Assembly: GCA_964461265.1 (NCBI GenBank)
Contig: CAYWTS010000001.1
Coordinates: 161,025 to 225,024 of the forward strand
Direction of reading: 5' to 3'
Length of the DNA stretch: 64,000 nucleotides
DNA from: an uncultured Ignavibacteriales bacterium
GTDB taxonomy: Bacteria > Bacteroidota > Ignavibacteria > Tepidaquicellales > OLB5
Positions 35,016 through 45,512 of this stretch are shown in pieces. The first letter of the stretch is position 1, and the number at the start of each line of letters is the position of its first letter. Below the pieces are notes generated by a model, which worked only from the letters and a program-made list of their open reading frames with translations, was not told the origin of the DNA and made no database searches. The position numbers and the translations under genes are program-made.

Positions 35016-35987
35016 TTATAAAAGTCGTTTCCTTTTATTAAGATATTCAAGCAGTGCTGTATCAAATGATGTTGATGTTGAGAGCAAAACATAATCGATA
35101 TTATTGGTCAGACATGCTTTCTTATACTTAAACAGAAATTCGCTAACTGCTTCTTTATATGCTTGCTGCATAGACACTGGCTGAGTTAAAAGTTCTTTTT
35201 CGGTTTCCATATCCTTAAATATAGTGGGTGAATTAATTGTAAAGCTGAGTTCAAGCGGGTCAAGGATATGGAAAACGATAACTTCATTCTTCTTGTATCT
35301 GAAATGACGCAGAGAATTTATTACAAGTGCAGGGTCGTCAAGCAAATCACTGAAAACAATAACAAGCCCGCGTCTTTTTATTTTCTCAGCAACTGTATTC
35401 AGGCATAATGCTGTATTTGTTTTACCGGATGCTGTCAGCAATGAGAGATTGTTTAAAATCAATTTTAAATTCTGGCTTGTTGACCGTGGTGAAATATATG
35501 TATTAATTTTTTCGTCATAGGTCACCAAACCTGATGCATCTTTCTGGAAAAACATTAAAAGTGAAAGAGAAGCTGCAAGATACGTAGCATACTCAAGTTT
35601 TGAAATATAACGTGTTTTTGATTTACGGAAAGTTTTTGATTTTGCAGCAAATTTATTTGTAAATCCTTCCGAAAATGTCGATTCACCGGAATTAAATAAC
35701 ATTGAACGGCTCGTATCCAGAACAAGATAAGATTTAAGATTAGTTTCCTCCTCGAATTGCTTAATAAAATAGCGGTCTGTTCTTCCAAGCACCTTCCAAT
35801 CGAGATATTTTAAGTCATCACCCGGCATATATTGCCTGTGTTCGGCAAACTCAACACTCAATCCGTGGAAAGGACTTTTATGAAGTCCTGAAATGAAACC
35901 TTCTACAACAAATTTGGCTTTTAACTCCAGGTTCTGAAGCTTTGAAATGAAGACTGGATCGAAAAATTTTCTATAGTTTGGCTGCAA
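35016..35987 (-). CDS. DUF58 family protein
   Basis: GLHKSPFHGLSVEFAEHRQYMPGDDLKYLDWK, KQFEEETN, LVLDTSRSM and VIVFSDLL. Confidence 0.94.
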   Translation of the reverse strand: MQPNYRKFFDPVFISKLQNLELKAKFVVEGFISGLHKSPFHGLSVEFAEHRQYMPGDDLKYLDWKVLGRTDRYFIKQFEEETNLKSYLVLDTSRSMLFNSGESTFSEGFTNKFAAKSKTFRKSKTRYISKLEYATYLAASLSLLMFFQKDASGLVTYDEKINTYISPRSTSQNLKLILNNLSLLTASGKTNTALCLNTVAEKIKRRGLVIVFSDLLDDPALVINSLRHFRYKKNEVIVFHILDPLELSFTINSPTIFKDMETEKELLTQPVSMQQAYKEAVSEFLFKYKKACLTNNIDYVLLSTSTSFDTALLEYLNKRKRLL

Positions 35988-36076
35988 AATTCATTAATAA
36001 AAATATTCCGGTTAAAAAAACTTACTAAACGGCTATATGCAACACCCCGGGAATGCGGAATGTGTAACAGCGGTTA

Positions 36077-36697
36077 TTAATTTGTACTTTTTGATTCAGA
36101 AGTATCGGTCTTTAACTTATTATCTTCTAATAATTTCACAGTAGTATCTTTATTCTGTGTATTTGATTTTATGATGTCTTCTATATTGCGATTCTCACGA
36201 AGCATTTTCAGTATCTCTTTGGCATGAAAGCTCATTTGTTCTCCGGGCTTATCTTCCGGATATTTATCGACGAACTTTTGATAAGATTCTATAGCCATAT
36301 TCTTATCTTTAATCATCTCATCGTAAATATATGCAGTCATAAACATAGCTGTTTTTGTAAATCTGCTATCAGGGTATTTCTCCGAAAGTTCACTGAAATA
36401 TTTAACAGCATTATTGTAATCCATGAGATTGTCCATATAAATTATTGCAATAGAATTATATACATCGGGTACTTTTTGAGACGACGGATAATCGGTTAAA
36501 TATTGCTTTAATAATTCAATTGCCTCGTTGCATAATTTATTTGATTCCGCCTGATTTCCCTGTTCTCTTAGCTTGTTTGCTTCTTCAATTTTGCCTTTAG
36601 CAGTATTCCAGAGAGTTTCTTCCGATTGTTTAGTGCATGATGTTAGTAATAAAGCAGATAAAATAAAAAGTGATAATAATAATTTAGAATATGGCAT
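36077..36697 (-). CDS. Tetratricopeptide-repeat lipoprotein
   Basis: Lipobox LTSC, with helical repeats ending YP(S/D)S and AIESYQKF...YP. Confidence 0.85.
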   Translation of the reverse strand: MPYSKLLLSLFILSALLLTSCTKQSEETLWNTAKGKIEEANKLREQGNQAESNKLCNEAIELLKQYLTDYPSSQKVPDVYNSIAIIYMDNLMDYNNAVKYFSELSEKYPDSRFTKTAMFMTAYIYDEMIKDKNMAIESYQKFVDKYPEDKPGEQMSFHAKEILKMLRENRNIEDIIKSNTQNKDTTVKLLEDNKLKTDTSESKSTN

Positions 36698-36734
36698 ACC
36701 TTTAATGAATTAATTTAAATTTTAAAAACTTTTA

Positions 36735-37994
36735 TTATTTGACCAGGACCAATGCTTTTGTTTCCGTAAATTCAGATGCTGAAAGACGGTAATAATATAC
36801 TCCGCTTGGATAATTTGTTCCGTAAAATTCAACCTCGTAAGCAGCCCCGCCTATCGTCCTCCAAGGAGAGGAAAAAAGCGTCACAACTTCCCTTCCTAAA
36901 ATGTCAAATACTATAAGGGATATATTTTGCATCCCTCTTTCAGGTGAAATGTGAGAGCTTGGAATTTGGAATTTAATCCTTGTAACCGGATTAAACGGAT
37001 TCGGATAATTCTGATAAAGTATAAATTTGTCTGGTACAATATTGCTGATTTTTCTTAACCCAATAGGTTCTCCGCCTGATACGGTTTTTAGTATAGTTCC
37101 GTTACAGCCAACAGTATAACCTGTGTCGGTAGATGCAAAAAATATTGACCAGAGATAATTTGTTGTAGGTGTATTTTGAGTTACCCAGTTAATTCCTCCA
37201 TTTACTGATTTCATAATGTAACCATCACGTCCGCAAATATATCCTGTATCCTGATTTACAAAATACAAATCATACAGCCTTACACCTGTAGCTCCACCAA
37301 GCATTGGAGACCAATTTGTGCCTGTGTTCGTAGTCATGATTATAGTAGCATTAATCCAGCCGCCGACAACAAAACCTGTCATATCATTTATGAATCTGAT
37401 TGAATAGAAATTCTTAGAAACATCCAGCGTCAGGTAAGTCCACGATAAACCACCATCGGTTGTTTTAAAACATATACCTGCAAGCCCTGCCACAAAACCT
37501 GTTAAATTATTTACAAAATAAACCGATTCGAAATCCTTTGCAGAATCTAAAACACTAACATCCCAGTTTGCACCGGCATCGGTTGACTTCAAAAAATATC
37601 CCTTCCATCCGGTAATGAATCCCGTATTCTGGTCAATGAAATAAATACCTTTTAAAAATCCGTGTATTCCTGTATTCACTAAAATACCCCATAGCGTTCC
37701 CGAATTTGTTGTCCTGATAATAATACCGCCCTGCCCAATAGCTATGCCTGTATTCTGATTAACAAAATAAACCCGGTATAGTGTGGCTGTTACGGTAGTA
37801 TTCAGAGGAAACCAATTAATTCCTCCATTTGTGGTTTTTAACATTATTCCGCCTTTGCCGCAAGTATATCCTGTATTATATGATGTGAAGTGAACCCCAT
37901 ACAGGGTATCTGAAGTTCCAGAATTCTGCTGAAACCAACCTGATTGTGCATATGCAGATGATACGGTTAAAAGAACAATAAAGGAACAATACAT
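36735..37994 (-). CDS. YCF48-like beta-propeller protein with a T9SS C-terminal sorting domain
   Basis: Repeated G..G.I.KTT.GG.NW motifs and LYQNYPNPFNP...PSGVYYYRL. Confidence 0.9.
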   Translation of the reverse strand: MYCSFIVLLTVSSAYAQSGWFQQNSGTSDTLYGVHFTSYNTGYTCGKGGIMLKTTNGGINWFPLNTTVTATLYRVYFVNQNTGIAIGQGGIIIRTTNSGTLWGILVNTGIHGFLKGIYFIDQNTGFITGWKGYFLKSTDAGANWDVSVLDSAKDFESVYFVNNLTGFVAGLAGICFKTTDGGLSWTYLTLDVSKNFYSIRFINDMTGFVVGGWINATIIMTTNTGTNWSPMLGGATGVRLYDLYFVNQDTGYICGRDGYIMKSVNGGINWVTQNTPTTNYLWSIFFASTDTGYTVGCNGTILKTVSGGEPIGLRKISNIVPDKFILYQNYPNPFNPVTRIKFQIPSSHISPERGMQNISLIVFDILGREVVTLFSSPWRTIGGAAYEVEFYGTNYPSGVYYYRLSASEFTETKALVLVK

Positions 37995-38107
37995 AAATGA
38001 ATAATAAAATATAAAAAAATTCTTAAACTCATTTGATTGTTTTTATAAATATACTTCTTTTTAGCAGTAGTCAAAATACAAATGTGAGATAATATTTATT
38101 AAATTTA

Positions 38108-38139
38108 AAAAAATCCCGGTATAATAACACCGGGAATTA
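38108..38139 (-). terminator. Probable intrinsic terminator after the M28/P-domain gene
   Basis: On the minus strand: ttcccggtg...accgggat followed by a T-run. Confidence 0.7.
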
Positions 38140-38164
38140 AATGATAAAGTATAACCAAATAACT

Positions 38165-40203
38165 TTATTTCAAAAGTATCAACTTCTTTGTTTCTGTATA
38201 ATTATGAAAAGTTAACCGGTAAAAATAGATACCACTTGGGTAATTTGTGCCATCCCATTCAACTTCATAGGTGCCTGGTTTTAATGATTCATTAACCAGG
38301 GTTTGTATTTCCTGTCCAAGGATGTTGAAAATCTTTATTTGTGCGGGATGTATATATGCATCCCCTATGTATGGCAGAGCAAAACGTATCTTTGTTTTTG
38401 CATTAAACGGATTAGGATAGTTCTGGTGTAATTTAAAAGTATACGGATTTTCAGCAATTTTCTTTATACCTATAGGATTAAAGTATTCTGCCTGAATACA
38501 CCAAGATTCCAGATATGCTGTATCTGTAAGTGAAAGATTAGTAACCCTTAACTGCCATAACCCATTAAGCGGTTTATTATCGAAGTAAGATAACGCTATA
38601 TCGGGTTTAAATGAACCTGTAAACGGTGGTATACCATTTTTTATTGAATCGGCAGCTTCATCATTAAAAGTTGTGTTAATATAATCCGAACCGCTGCCTC
38701 CGTGCTGGCTGCTAAGAGTTAACATTGTCATTCCGGGTTTTAAAAACTGTATAATAAGATCTGTATCGTGAGGATTTAGAATTGTTAGATTTACATTCAG
38801 GTCATAAATTGTAGTACCCTCGTAAAAATAAATATCATTAGCGATAGTCTGCCTTGGTAAAATTATTTGAGGTACTGTGTTTGAACAGGAAATCATCGAA
38901 CCTGTTATATTATAAGTAAAAAGATTATTTGGCGGTATTGTTCCCGGAGGATTAATTCCCCTTGCACCTGCTGGTAAGCTCCTAACATTGTACCGGAAGC
39001 ATCCTGAGCAGCTATATAATAAGAAATATAACTCCCTATTGGATAACCCGGAATTTGGAATTTGAAAGTATCAAGATTGTTTTCGTAAGCGTTTACATAT
39101 TCAAAATTATTGCTGCCTGATTTGTAATATAACCGCGGAGCATTGCTTCCGGTAGCTATGCTATGGTTCGACTTAATCACAGCTATAACATTCCTGCTTG
39201 CAGTATCATCTGTACTTTGTAATGGTGTATGGTTAATATGTATTAAATAATCTTTTCCTGTAATTACTAAAAAAGCTATTGCTTTAACCATTTTAAAAAA
39301 ATAATCCTGGTTGAACTTATCAAACGTTTCATTTTGTGTATGATAATAAGGATTGAAATCATAAGACCATTCACCAAGGTAAACCGCTTTATAACATTTC
39401 TGCCAGAAAGATCTATGATCACCTCCACCACCAACTGTAAAGAGCTGCGTGATAAACTGAGGAGTGTATACACTCAATGAACTGAGTAAAACTCTGCTAT
39501 AAAAAAATGAATTTGTGTCAGTTTCTACTGAATTTCTGTAGTCGTTATTTCCATCCCATGCAATCATATCCAAATTAATAGCACATATTATCGAATCCAC
39601 CAAAGGGTTTAAAACATCCACGTAAGCTTTGCTGCCTAAAAGTCCGTGTTCTTCCTCATCAAAGAGAACAAATTCGATAGTATAATCAAAATCATACTGT
39701 GCAAGAACTCTTGCAGCTTCCAGAACACAAGCTGTTCCTGAGGCATTATCGTCGGCTCCCGGTACTGTATCCAGTTCGGGAACCCCTGTTGCATAGGAAT
39801 CATAATGAGCACAAATAACGATTCTCTGGTTAGGGTATTTGTTCCCGATTTTTTGAGCAATTACATTTGTTCCCGTGCTGCTGTAATTCTGGAAATACGG
39901 TTCATAACCGTAACTTTGAAAAATCGAATATATATATTCGGTTGCTATTCTATTACCTGTATGTTCCCAGTAGCGTGAAAGTATCCTGTATATCTCACCG
40001 GTATTTGTGATAATTGTAGTATCGCCTGACAGTTCCCGAACAATTGTAATAATATTTTGTTGTGATACGTGACTGATAACAGTATCAACAAAAGGGTGAT
40101 AACAGGTTTGGGTACAAACAGTACGAATACATACAAAACTTATTATTAATAACTGTATTTTTTTCATATCAAAAATTTTCTTTTTTTTAAAATGAGTAAC
40201 CAA
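38165..40203 (-). pseudogene. M28 peptidase + proprotein-convertase P-domain + T9SS CTD gene split by a 1-nt frameshift (ORFs 38905-40203 and 38165-38896)
   Basis: M28 motifs CAHYDS, GADDNASG, FDEEE.GLLGS and NLDMI. Shifting frame near 38980 gives LPAGARGINPPGTIPPNNLFTYNITGSMISC, which runs straight into the downstream ORF. The likely start is the ATG at 40167. Confidence 0.8.
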
Positions 40204-40418
40204 ATTTATAAATAATAAAAAAAAGAAATAAATAACTAATAGGTGGGGTACAACGTGAAGTTTGAATTTGTATCATACAGACCTCCTGATTTCTACAGAG
40301 ATAACTCTGTGGTTGGTCTTAATGTATTAGATTAATTAATCAATAATAATACTTTGATTATTGATAAGTCAATAGATTAATATGTGATTTTAACTAACTG
40401 AAATAGTGGTAGTAATTT

Positions 40419-41531
40419 TTATACATTAAACCTGAAATAAATCAAATCACCGTCCTGAACAGCATATTCTTTTCCTTCAAGCCTCATTAAACCTTTTTCT
40501 TTAACTATGTGTTCAGAACCGCAGTTTATTAAATCGTTAAAGTGATAGACTTCAGCTTTGATAAAACCTCTTTCGAAATCGGTATGAATTTCACCGGCAG
40601 CCTGTGGTGCTTTTGTGCCTTTGTGGATTGTCCATGCACGAACTTCCTTTTCGTTCGCAGTAAAAAAAGTAATAAATCCCAGTAAGTGATAAGCAGTATG
40701 TATTAATTTATCAAGTCCGGCTTCCTGCAGTCCGTATTCATGAAGGAACTCCTCACGCTCTTCCTTATCCAGTTGTGCCATTTCAGCTTCCATTTCTACT
40801 GAAAGAACCAGTGATTCCTCACCCTCCTTCTTTGCAATTTCTTCAACTACATCGGAATAATGGTTCCCGTTTAAACTTTTATCGTCAACATTAGCTACAT
40901 ATAATATATGTTTAGAAGTCAGAAGACTAAGACTTGCCAGATGTTTTATATCTTCTATAGAATGATTCTTACTGTATTCTTCTATGAAATATTTGGCAAG
41001 TCTTCCGCTTTCAAGATGATTTTTAAGTCTATTGTAACTATCATATTCTTCTTTAACTTTCTTATCTCCCATTTTAAGGAGCTTTGCAGTTTTTTCCATC
41101 CTATTTTCGAGTGTCTCTAAATCTTTAAGTATTAATTCGGTTTCAATTATTTCTATATCCCGTTTAGGGTCAACGCTTCCGTTAACATGCACAATGTCAT
41201 CATTATCAAAGCAACGGACAATATGAATAATTGCATCTACTTCCCTGATATGTGAAAGAAACTGATTACCCAAACCTTCACCTTTTGATGCACCAGCTAC
41301 AAGACCGGCAATATCTACAAATTCGATGGTTGCTTTAACCAGCTTAGGCGGTTTGTAAATTTTATTTAGCTCATTAAGCCTTTTATCCGGAACGTTTACT
41401 ACACCAATATTTGGTTCGATTGTGCAAAAAGGATAGTTAGATGCTTCAGCTTTCATAGAAGCTGTCAGACAGTTAAATAAGGTAGATTTACCGACATTAG
41501 GAAAACCGACTATACCGCACTTTAAACCCAT
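40419..41531 (-). CDS. ychF: Redox-regulated ATPase YchF
   Basis: GFPNVGKSTLFN, NYPFCTIEPN, DIAGLV.GASKGEGLGNQFL and AAGEIHTDFERGFI. Confidence 0.98.
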   Translation of the reverse strand: MGLKCGIVGFPNVGKSTLFNCLTASMKAEASNYPFCTIEPNIGVVNVPDKRLNELNKIYKPPKLVKATIEFVDIAGLVAGASKGEGLGNQFLSHIREVDAIIHIVRCFDNDDIVHVNGSVDPKRDIEIIETELILKDLETLENRMEKTAKLLKMGDKKVKEEYDSYNRLKNHLESGRLAKYFIEEYSKNHSIEDIKHLASLSLLTSKHILYVANVDDKSLNGNHYSDVVEEIAKKEGEESLVLSVEMEAEMAQLDKEEREEFLHEYGLQEAGLDKLIHTAYHLLGFITFFTANEKEVRAWTIHKGTKAPQAAGEIHTDFERGFIKAEVYHFNDLINCGSEHIVKEKGLMRLEGKEYAVQDGDLIYFRFNV

Positions 41532-41546
41532 AATTACATAATGAAT

Positions 41547-42197
41547 TTACGCAAAGATACCGGGTAAAAAGACTATATAAAGCAGATATAATAAGCCAGA
41601 AGTCACAATGGGAATAGTAAAATTATCGTCAATGGGAAGATTTACTGAATCTGCAACTGTTGTAAGCAAAATTGCAGAGAATCCGATAACATATTCAGCC
41701 GGCTGGTATAAATATTTTGGGGCGATAGAAACTATTATTATACCTACTAAAAAGAATGTAAATGAACCTAAATATGATCTATTGGGCGCAAACTGTTTTC
41801 TGGCAAAATATTTACCTACCAGTGCTGAAATGCTGTCGGAGAGTGAAAGAACAAGCATGCCTGTAATTGCAATCAATTTGGGGAAAAGAATTATACACAA
41901 AACATCCGCAATCAGAAGCCACGAAGCTCCTGTAATTCTTATTATTTTCCTGTCATATTCATGGTTACGTAACAGATTTCCAAAAATCCTGTAATACAAT
42001 TTAAATAAAGTCTTGCTTGAATATTTTAAAAACTCAAACAGAAGCATCAAGCCGAGAATAGGTGTGATTATAGAAAGAACCGTTTGCTTATCGAGATAAT
42101 AGTAACCTATGGGAATAGAAGCCGAACTAAAGTGAATAAATTTACGTAGAAGCTCTCCTTTAACCGAAGTCCGATTCTGATTAACGAAACTATCCAT
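41547..42197 (-). CDS. Dolichol/phytol kinase family (SEC59/DGK1/VTE5) membrane protein
   Basis: ELLRKFIH, LRNHE, SLSDSISALVGK, RSYLGS and IDDNFTIP. Confidence 0.85.
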   Translation of the reverse strand: MDSFVNQNRTSVKGELLRKFIHFSSASIPIGYYYLDKQTVLSIITPILGLMLLFEFLKYSSKTLFKLYYRIFGNLLRNHEYDRKIIRITGASWLLIADVLCIILFPKLIAITGMLVLSLSDSISALVGKYFARKQFAPNRSYLGSFTFFLVGIIIVSIAPKYLYQPAEYVIGFSAILLTTVADSVNLPIDDNFTIPIVTSGLLYLLYIVFLPGIFA

Positions 42198-42300
42198 TAA
42201 ATATACAAAGGTGTGGGAAAAATGTTGGTAATACGTTTAATTATAAAAAACCAATGCAGAAAGATGATTAGTTAATAAAATTATTCTTATATAAAACCTA

Positions 42301-44313
42301 TTAAACTTTAGGTTTAACTTCTTTTACGGCAGCAGCACTTTTATCATCTAATTGATTTTCATTGCCGTTCGTAGAATTCTCTATCTTTGAAAAAGGCGGC
42401 AGCTTTTCACCTTTAATAATTTTATCTATTTCTTCGCTGTCCAGTATTTCTCTTTCCAGCAATGCTTCGGAAAGATTATGAAGTGCATCAATGTTATCAT
42501 TTAAAATCTTTTCAGCCCGTTTCATCTGGCTATCCACTATCTTTTTTACTTCTGCGTCTATCATAATAGCAGTTTGCTCGCTGTAATCCCTGTGCTGGGC
42601 AATTTCCCTGCCTAAAAATATCTCTTCTTCTTTTTTACCGAATGTAACAGGTCCAAGAACATCACTCATACCCCATTCACAAACCATTTTCCTGGCAAGC
42701 TCGGTAGCTCTTTCAATATCGTTGCTGGCACCTGTATTAAATTCGCCGAATATAATTTTTTCTGCTGCACGTCCGCCAAACAATACTGTGATTTTCGCTT
42801 CAATATACGCTTTTGAGTAAGTATGTTTTTCATCTATGGGAAGCTGTGTTGTAACTCCTAAAGCTCTGCCTCTGGGAATTATTGTAACCTTGTGAACAGG
42901 GTCCGATTCTGGTACCATTTTTGCAACTAAAACATGTCCTACCTCATGGTAAGCTGTGGTCTTTTTTTCTCTTTCCGAAATAATCATGCTTTTCCTTTCC
43001 ATCCCCATCATAACTTTATCTTTTGCCTCTTCAAAATCAGCCATAGTAACCTTATCGGTGTTTTTTCTTGCGGCAAGCAGAGCAGCTTCGTTAACCAGGT
43101 TGGCAATATCAGCTCCTGCAAGCCCGGGAGTACCTTTCGCAAGAACTTCTAAGTTAACATTTTTATCAAGAGGAATATTCCTTGTGTGAACTTTAAAGAT
43201 ACCTTCCCTGCCTTTTACATCGGGACGGTCAACAACAACCTGTCTATCGAATCTGCCCGGACGAAGCAGTGCAGGGTCAAGAACATCTGGGCGGTTTGTT
43301 GCTGCAATAATTATTACACCGGTATTTTGTTCAAAGCCATCCATTTCAACAAGAAGCTGATTAAGTGTTTGTTCACGTTCATCGTGTCCGCCGCCTAATC
43401 CGGCACCTCTGTGCCTGCCAACAGCATCTATTTCATCAATAAATATTATACAAGGAGCATTCTTTTTCCCTTTCTCAAACAAATCTCTAACACGCGATGC
43501 ACCGACACCTACAAACATTTCAACAAAGTCAGCACCGCTAATTGAAAAGAATGGCACACCTGCTTCACCTGCAACAGCTCTTGCCAAAAGGGTTTTACCC
43601 GTTCCGGGTGGTCCTAGCAGTAATACTCCTTTAGGTATCTTACCTCCCAAACGCTGGAATTTTGAAGGTTCTCTTAAAAACTCAATAATTTCCTGTAATT
43701 CGTACTTGGCTTCATCTGCTCCGGCAACATCTTTAAAAGTAACTCTCATCTGGCTTTCAGTCAGCATTTTAGCACGTGATTTACCGAACGAAAATATTCC
43801 TTTTGTTCCGCCTGCCTGGCCCTGCATACGACGCATAACAATGATCCAGAAAACAATAATTATAATCCATGGAAGTGCACTTATGAGAGGAGCAATCCAG
43901 TTTGTATCTTCTTTCTCTATCTTGAAAGCAACGTTTTTTTCGTTCCACTTCTTTAAGGTTGCATCATCTATATTAGTATATGGCAGCAGTACATTGAAAC
44001 GGTCGGTTGTAACCTGCCGCTGACCGATATTAACATTTTCAGCTTGCTTCAGTACTCCATGGAACGTAAAAGAATTTTCACCTTTCTTTATTACTGCTTC
44101 TTTAATTTTATCTTCATTTAATAATTTCTGATATTGATCAAAAGAAATTTCAACTTCTCCGCTATCTCCCGAGCGTGACCATATCATAATCAGAAAGAAT
44201 CCGAATAATATTGCACTCCAGCCGAGTACTACTTTGAAAACACGATTCCAGTTGAACTCGTCATTTTTCCTTTTACGGGGATTCTTGCTATATTTTGGCG
44301 GTTCCTCAGGCAT
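42301..44313 (-). CDS. ftsH: ATP-dependent zinc metalloprotease FtsH
   Basis: Two TM helices, [26 protein letters not shown] and HEVGH. Confidence 0.98.
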   Translation of the reverse strand: MPEEPPKYSKNPRKRKNDEFNWNRVFKVVLGWSAILFGFFLIMIWSRSGDSGEVEISFDQYQKLLNEDKIKEAVIKKGENSFTFHGVLKQAENVNIGQRQVTTDRFNVLLPYTNIDDATLKKWNEKNVAFKIEKEDTNWIAPLISALPWIIIIVFWIIVMRRMQGQAGGTKGIFSFGKSRAKMLTESQMRVTFKDVAGADEAKYELQEIIEFLREPSKFQRLGGKIPKGVLLLGPPGTGKTLLARAVAGEAGVPFFSISGADFVEMFVGVGASRVRDLFEKGKKNAPCIIFIDEIDAVGRHRGAGLGGGHDEREQTLNQLLVEMDGFEQNTGVIIIAATNRPDVLDPALLRPGRFDRQVVVDRPDVKGREGIFKVHTRNIPLDKNVNLEVLAKGTPGLAGADIANLVNEAALLAARKNTDKVTMADFEEAKDKVMMGMERKSMIISEREKKTTAYHEVGHVLVAKMVPESDPVHKVTIIPRGRALGVTTQLPIDEKHTYSKAYIEAKITVLFGGRAAEKIIFGEFNTGASNDIERATELARKMVCEWGMSDVLGPVTFGKKEEEIFLGREIAQHRDYSEQTAIMIDAEVKKIVDSQMKRAEKILNDNIDALHNLSEALLEREILDSEEIDKIIKGEKLPPFSKIENSTNGNENQLDDKSAAAVKEVKPKV

Positions 44314-44316
44314 TAA

Positions 44317-44835
44317 CTAATTTTCTAAAATATAAATTGATTTCTTATTCCTGTATTTTTGGGCAAAATCCAGACCATAACCCACAACAAATTCATTCTT
44401 AACTTTAAAACCGATATATTTGATATTAAATTTCAATTTACTCACTTCTTTTTTAAATAATAAGGTAACAAATTCCAGTGTCGCTGGTTTATGGTTTGCA
44501 ATAAGATCACGAATAAAAGTAACTGAAACACCAGAATCTATTATATCCTCGACAACAATTATATCCCGGTCGGCAATTACACAATTTAAATCTTTCAGTA
44601 AACGTACATTCCCGGTAGTTATCTTGCTATCTCCATAACTTGATAGTTTCAAAAAGTCAACTTCTGTATCCAGTCTGACTTTACGTATAAGGTCTGAAAG
44701 GAAAATGAAAGAACCATTTAAAACACCAATAAAGATAGGAGTTTTACCCGAATAATCTTTAGTAATTTCTTCAGCCAGCTCACTTACTCGTTTTTCTATT
44801 TCATTTTTTGTTATGTATAATCGTAATTTACTCAT
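44317..44835 (-). CDS. hpt: Hypoxanthine phosphoribosyltransferase
   Basis: GVLNGS, IIVVEDIIDSG and FVVGYGLD. Confidence 0.96.
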   Translation of the reverse strand: MSKLRLYITKNEIEKRVSELAEEITKDYSGKTPIFIGVLNGSFIFLSDLIRKVRLDTEVDFLKLSSYGDSKITTGNVRLLKDLNCVIADRDIIVVEDIIDSGVSVTFIRDLIANHKPATLEFVTLLFKKEVSKLKFNIKYIGFKVKNEFVVGYGLDFAQKYRNKKSIYILEN

Positions 44836-44961
44836 TCAGTTCATAAATACTTATAAATCCTTAATATAAAAATTACACTTAAAAAATTGTATTATCAAGT
44901 CTATGACTTATCTTACATGCATTATTTTCTGTAAATCTTATATATTTACAATAAATAAAAA

Positions 44962-45024
44962 AACCCATCTTCTCGCTTACCGTTTACATAAAGCCAGCTA
45001 AAAAACAGGAAAATATGATGGGTT
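44962..45024 (-). terminator. Terminator-like hairpin with an unusually large loop, after rpsU
   Basis: On the minus strand: aacccatc [about 47 nt] gatgggtt followed by a T-run. Confidence 0.45.
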
Positions 45025-45047
45025 ATAATACTTTGTATAATTTTAAA

Positions 45048-45245
45048 TTAAGCGTTTTCTTCAGCTAAAGTTCTTTTAACTCTTCTGATAGCTTTTGCTT
45101 TTTTCATTTTCCTTTTAACAGAAGGTTTAACAAAAAATCCTCTTTTTCTGAATTCCTTTAAAATCCCCGCCTTTTCATACTTTTTTTTAAACCTTTTAAG
45201 AAGTTTATCTATCGATTCACCTTCTTGTATTGATACTTTTACCAA
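45048..45245 (-). CDS. rpsU: 30S ribosomal protein S21
   Basis: GESIDKLLKRFKK...GILKEFRKR.FFVKPS. Confidence 0.96.
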   Translation of the reverse strand: MVKVSIQEGESIDKLLKRFKKKYEKAGILKEFRKRGFFVKPSVKRKMKKAKAIRRVKRTLAEENA

Positions 45246-45512
45246 ATAATATTACCCCCTCCAGGTGTATTTATGGATTTAACCAAAAATTTAATTAATA
45301 GTTAATGTGTAATTAAACACTAATATAACTTTAAAATTTTTTAAAATCTAATCATTTAATATTACCCATTTTTCATTGGAATGGATATTATAGTTACCTT
45401 GAAACTCAAGGCATTAATAATTAAAATTGTCATTATTAAAAAATCTACCAAAAAAACAGCACCCTTACAAGGAAAGCCGTAAATCTGTTTTTAACTTAAC
45501 TTTACAAAACAA

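Noticed and set aside
37994-38032. Phase variation of the YCF48 gene via a T7 tract after an out-of-frame ATG at 38032
   Set aside because: T7 is short and common in this AT-rich DNA, and the ATG at 37994 already gives a usable signal peptide.
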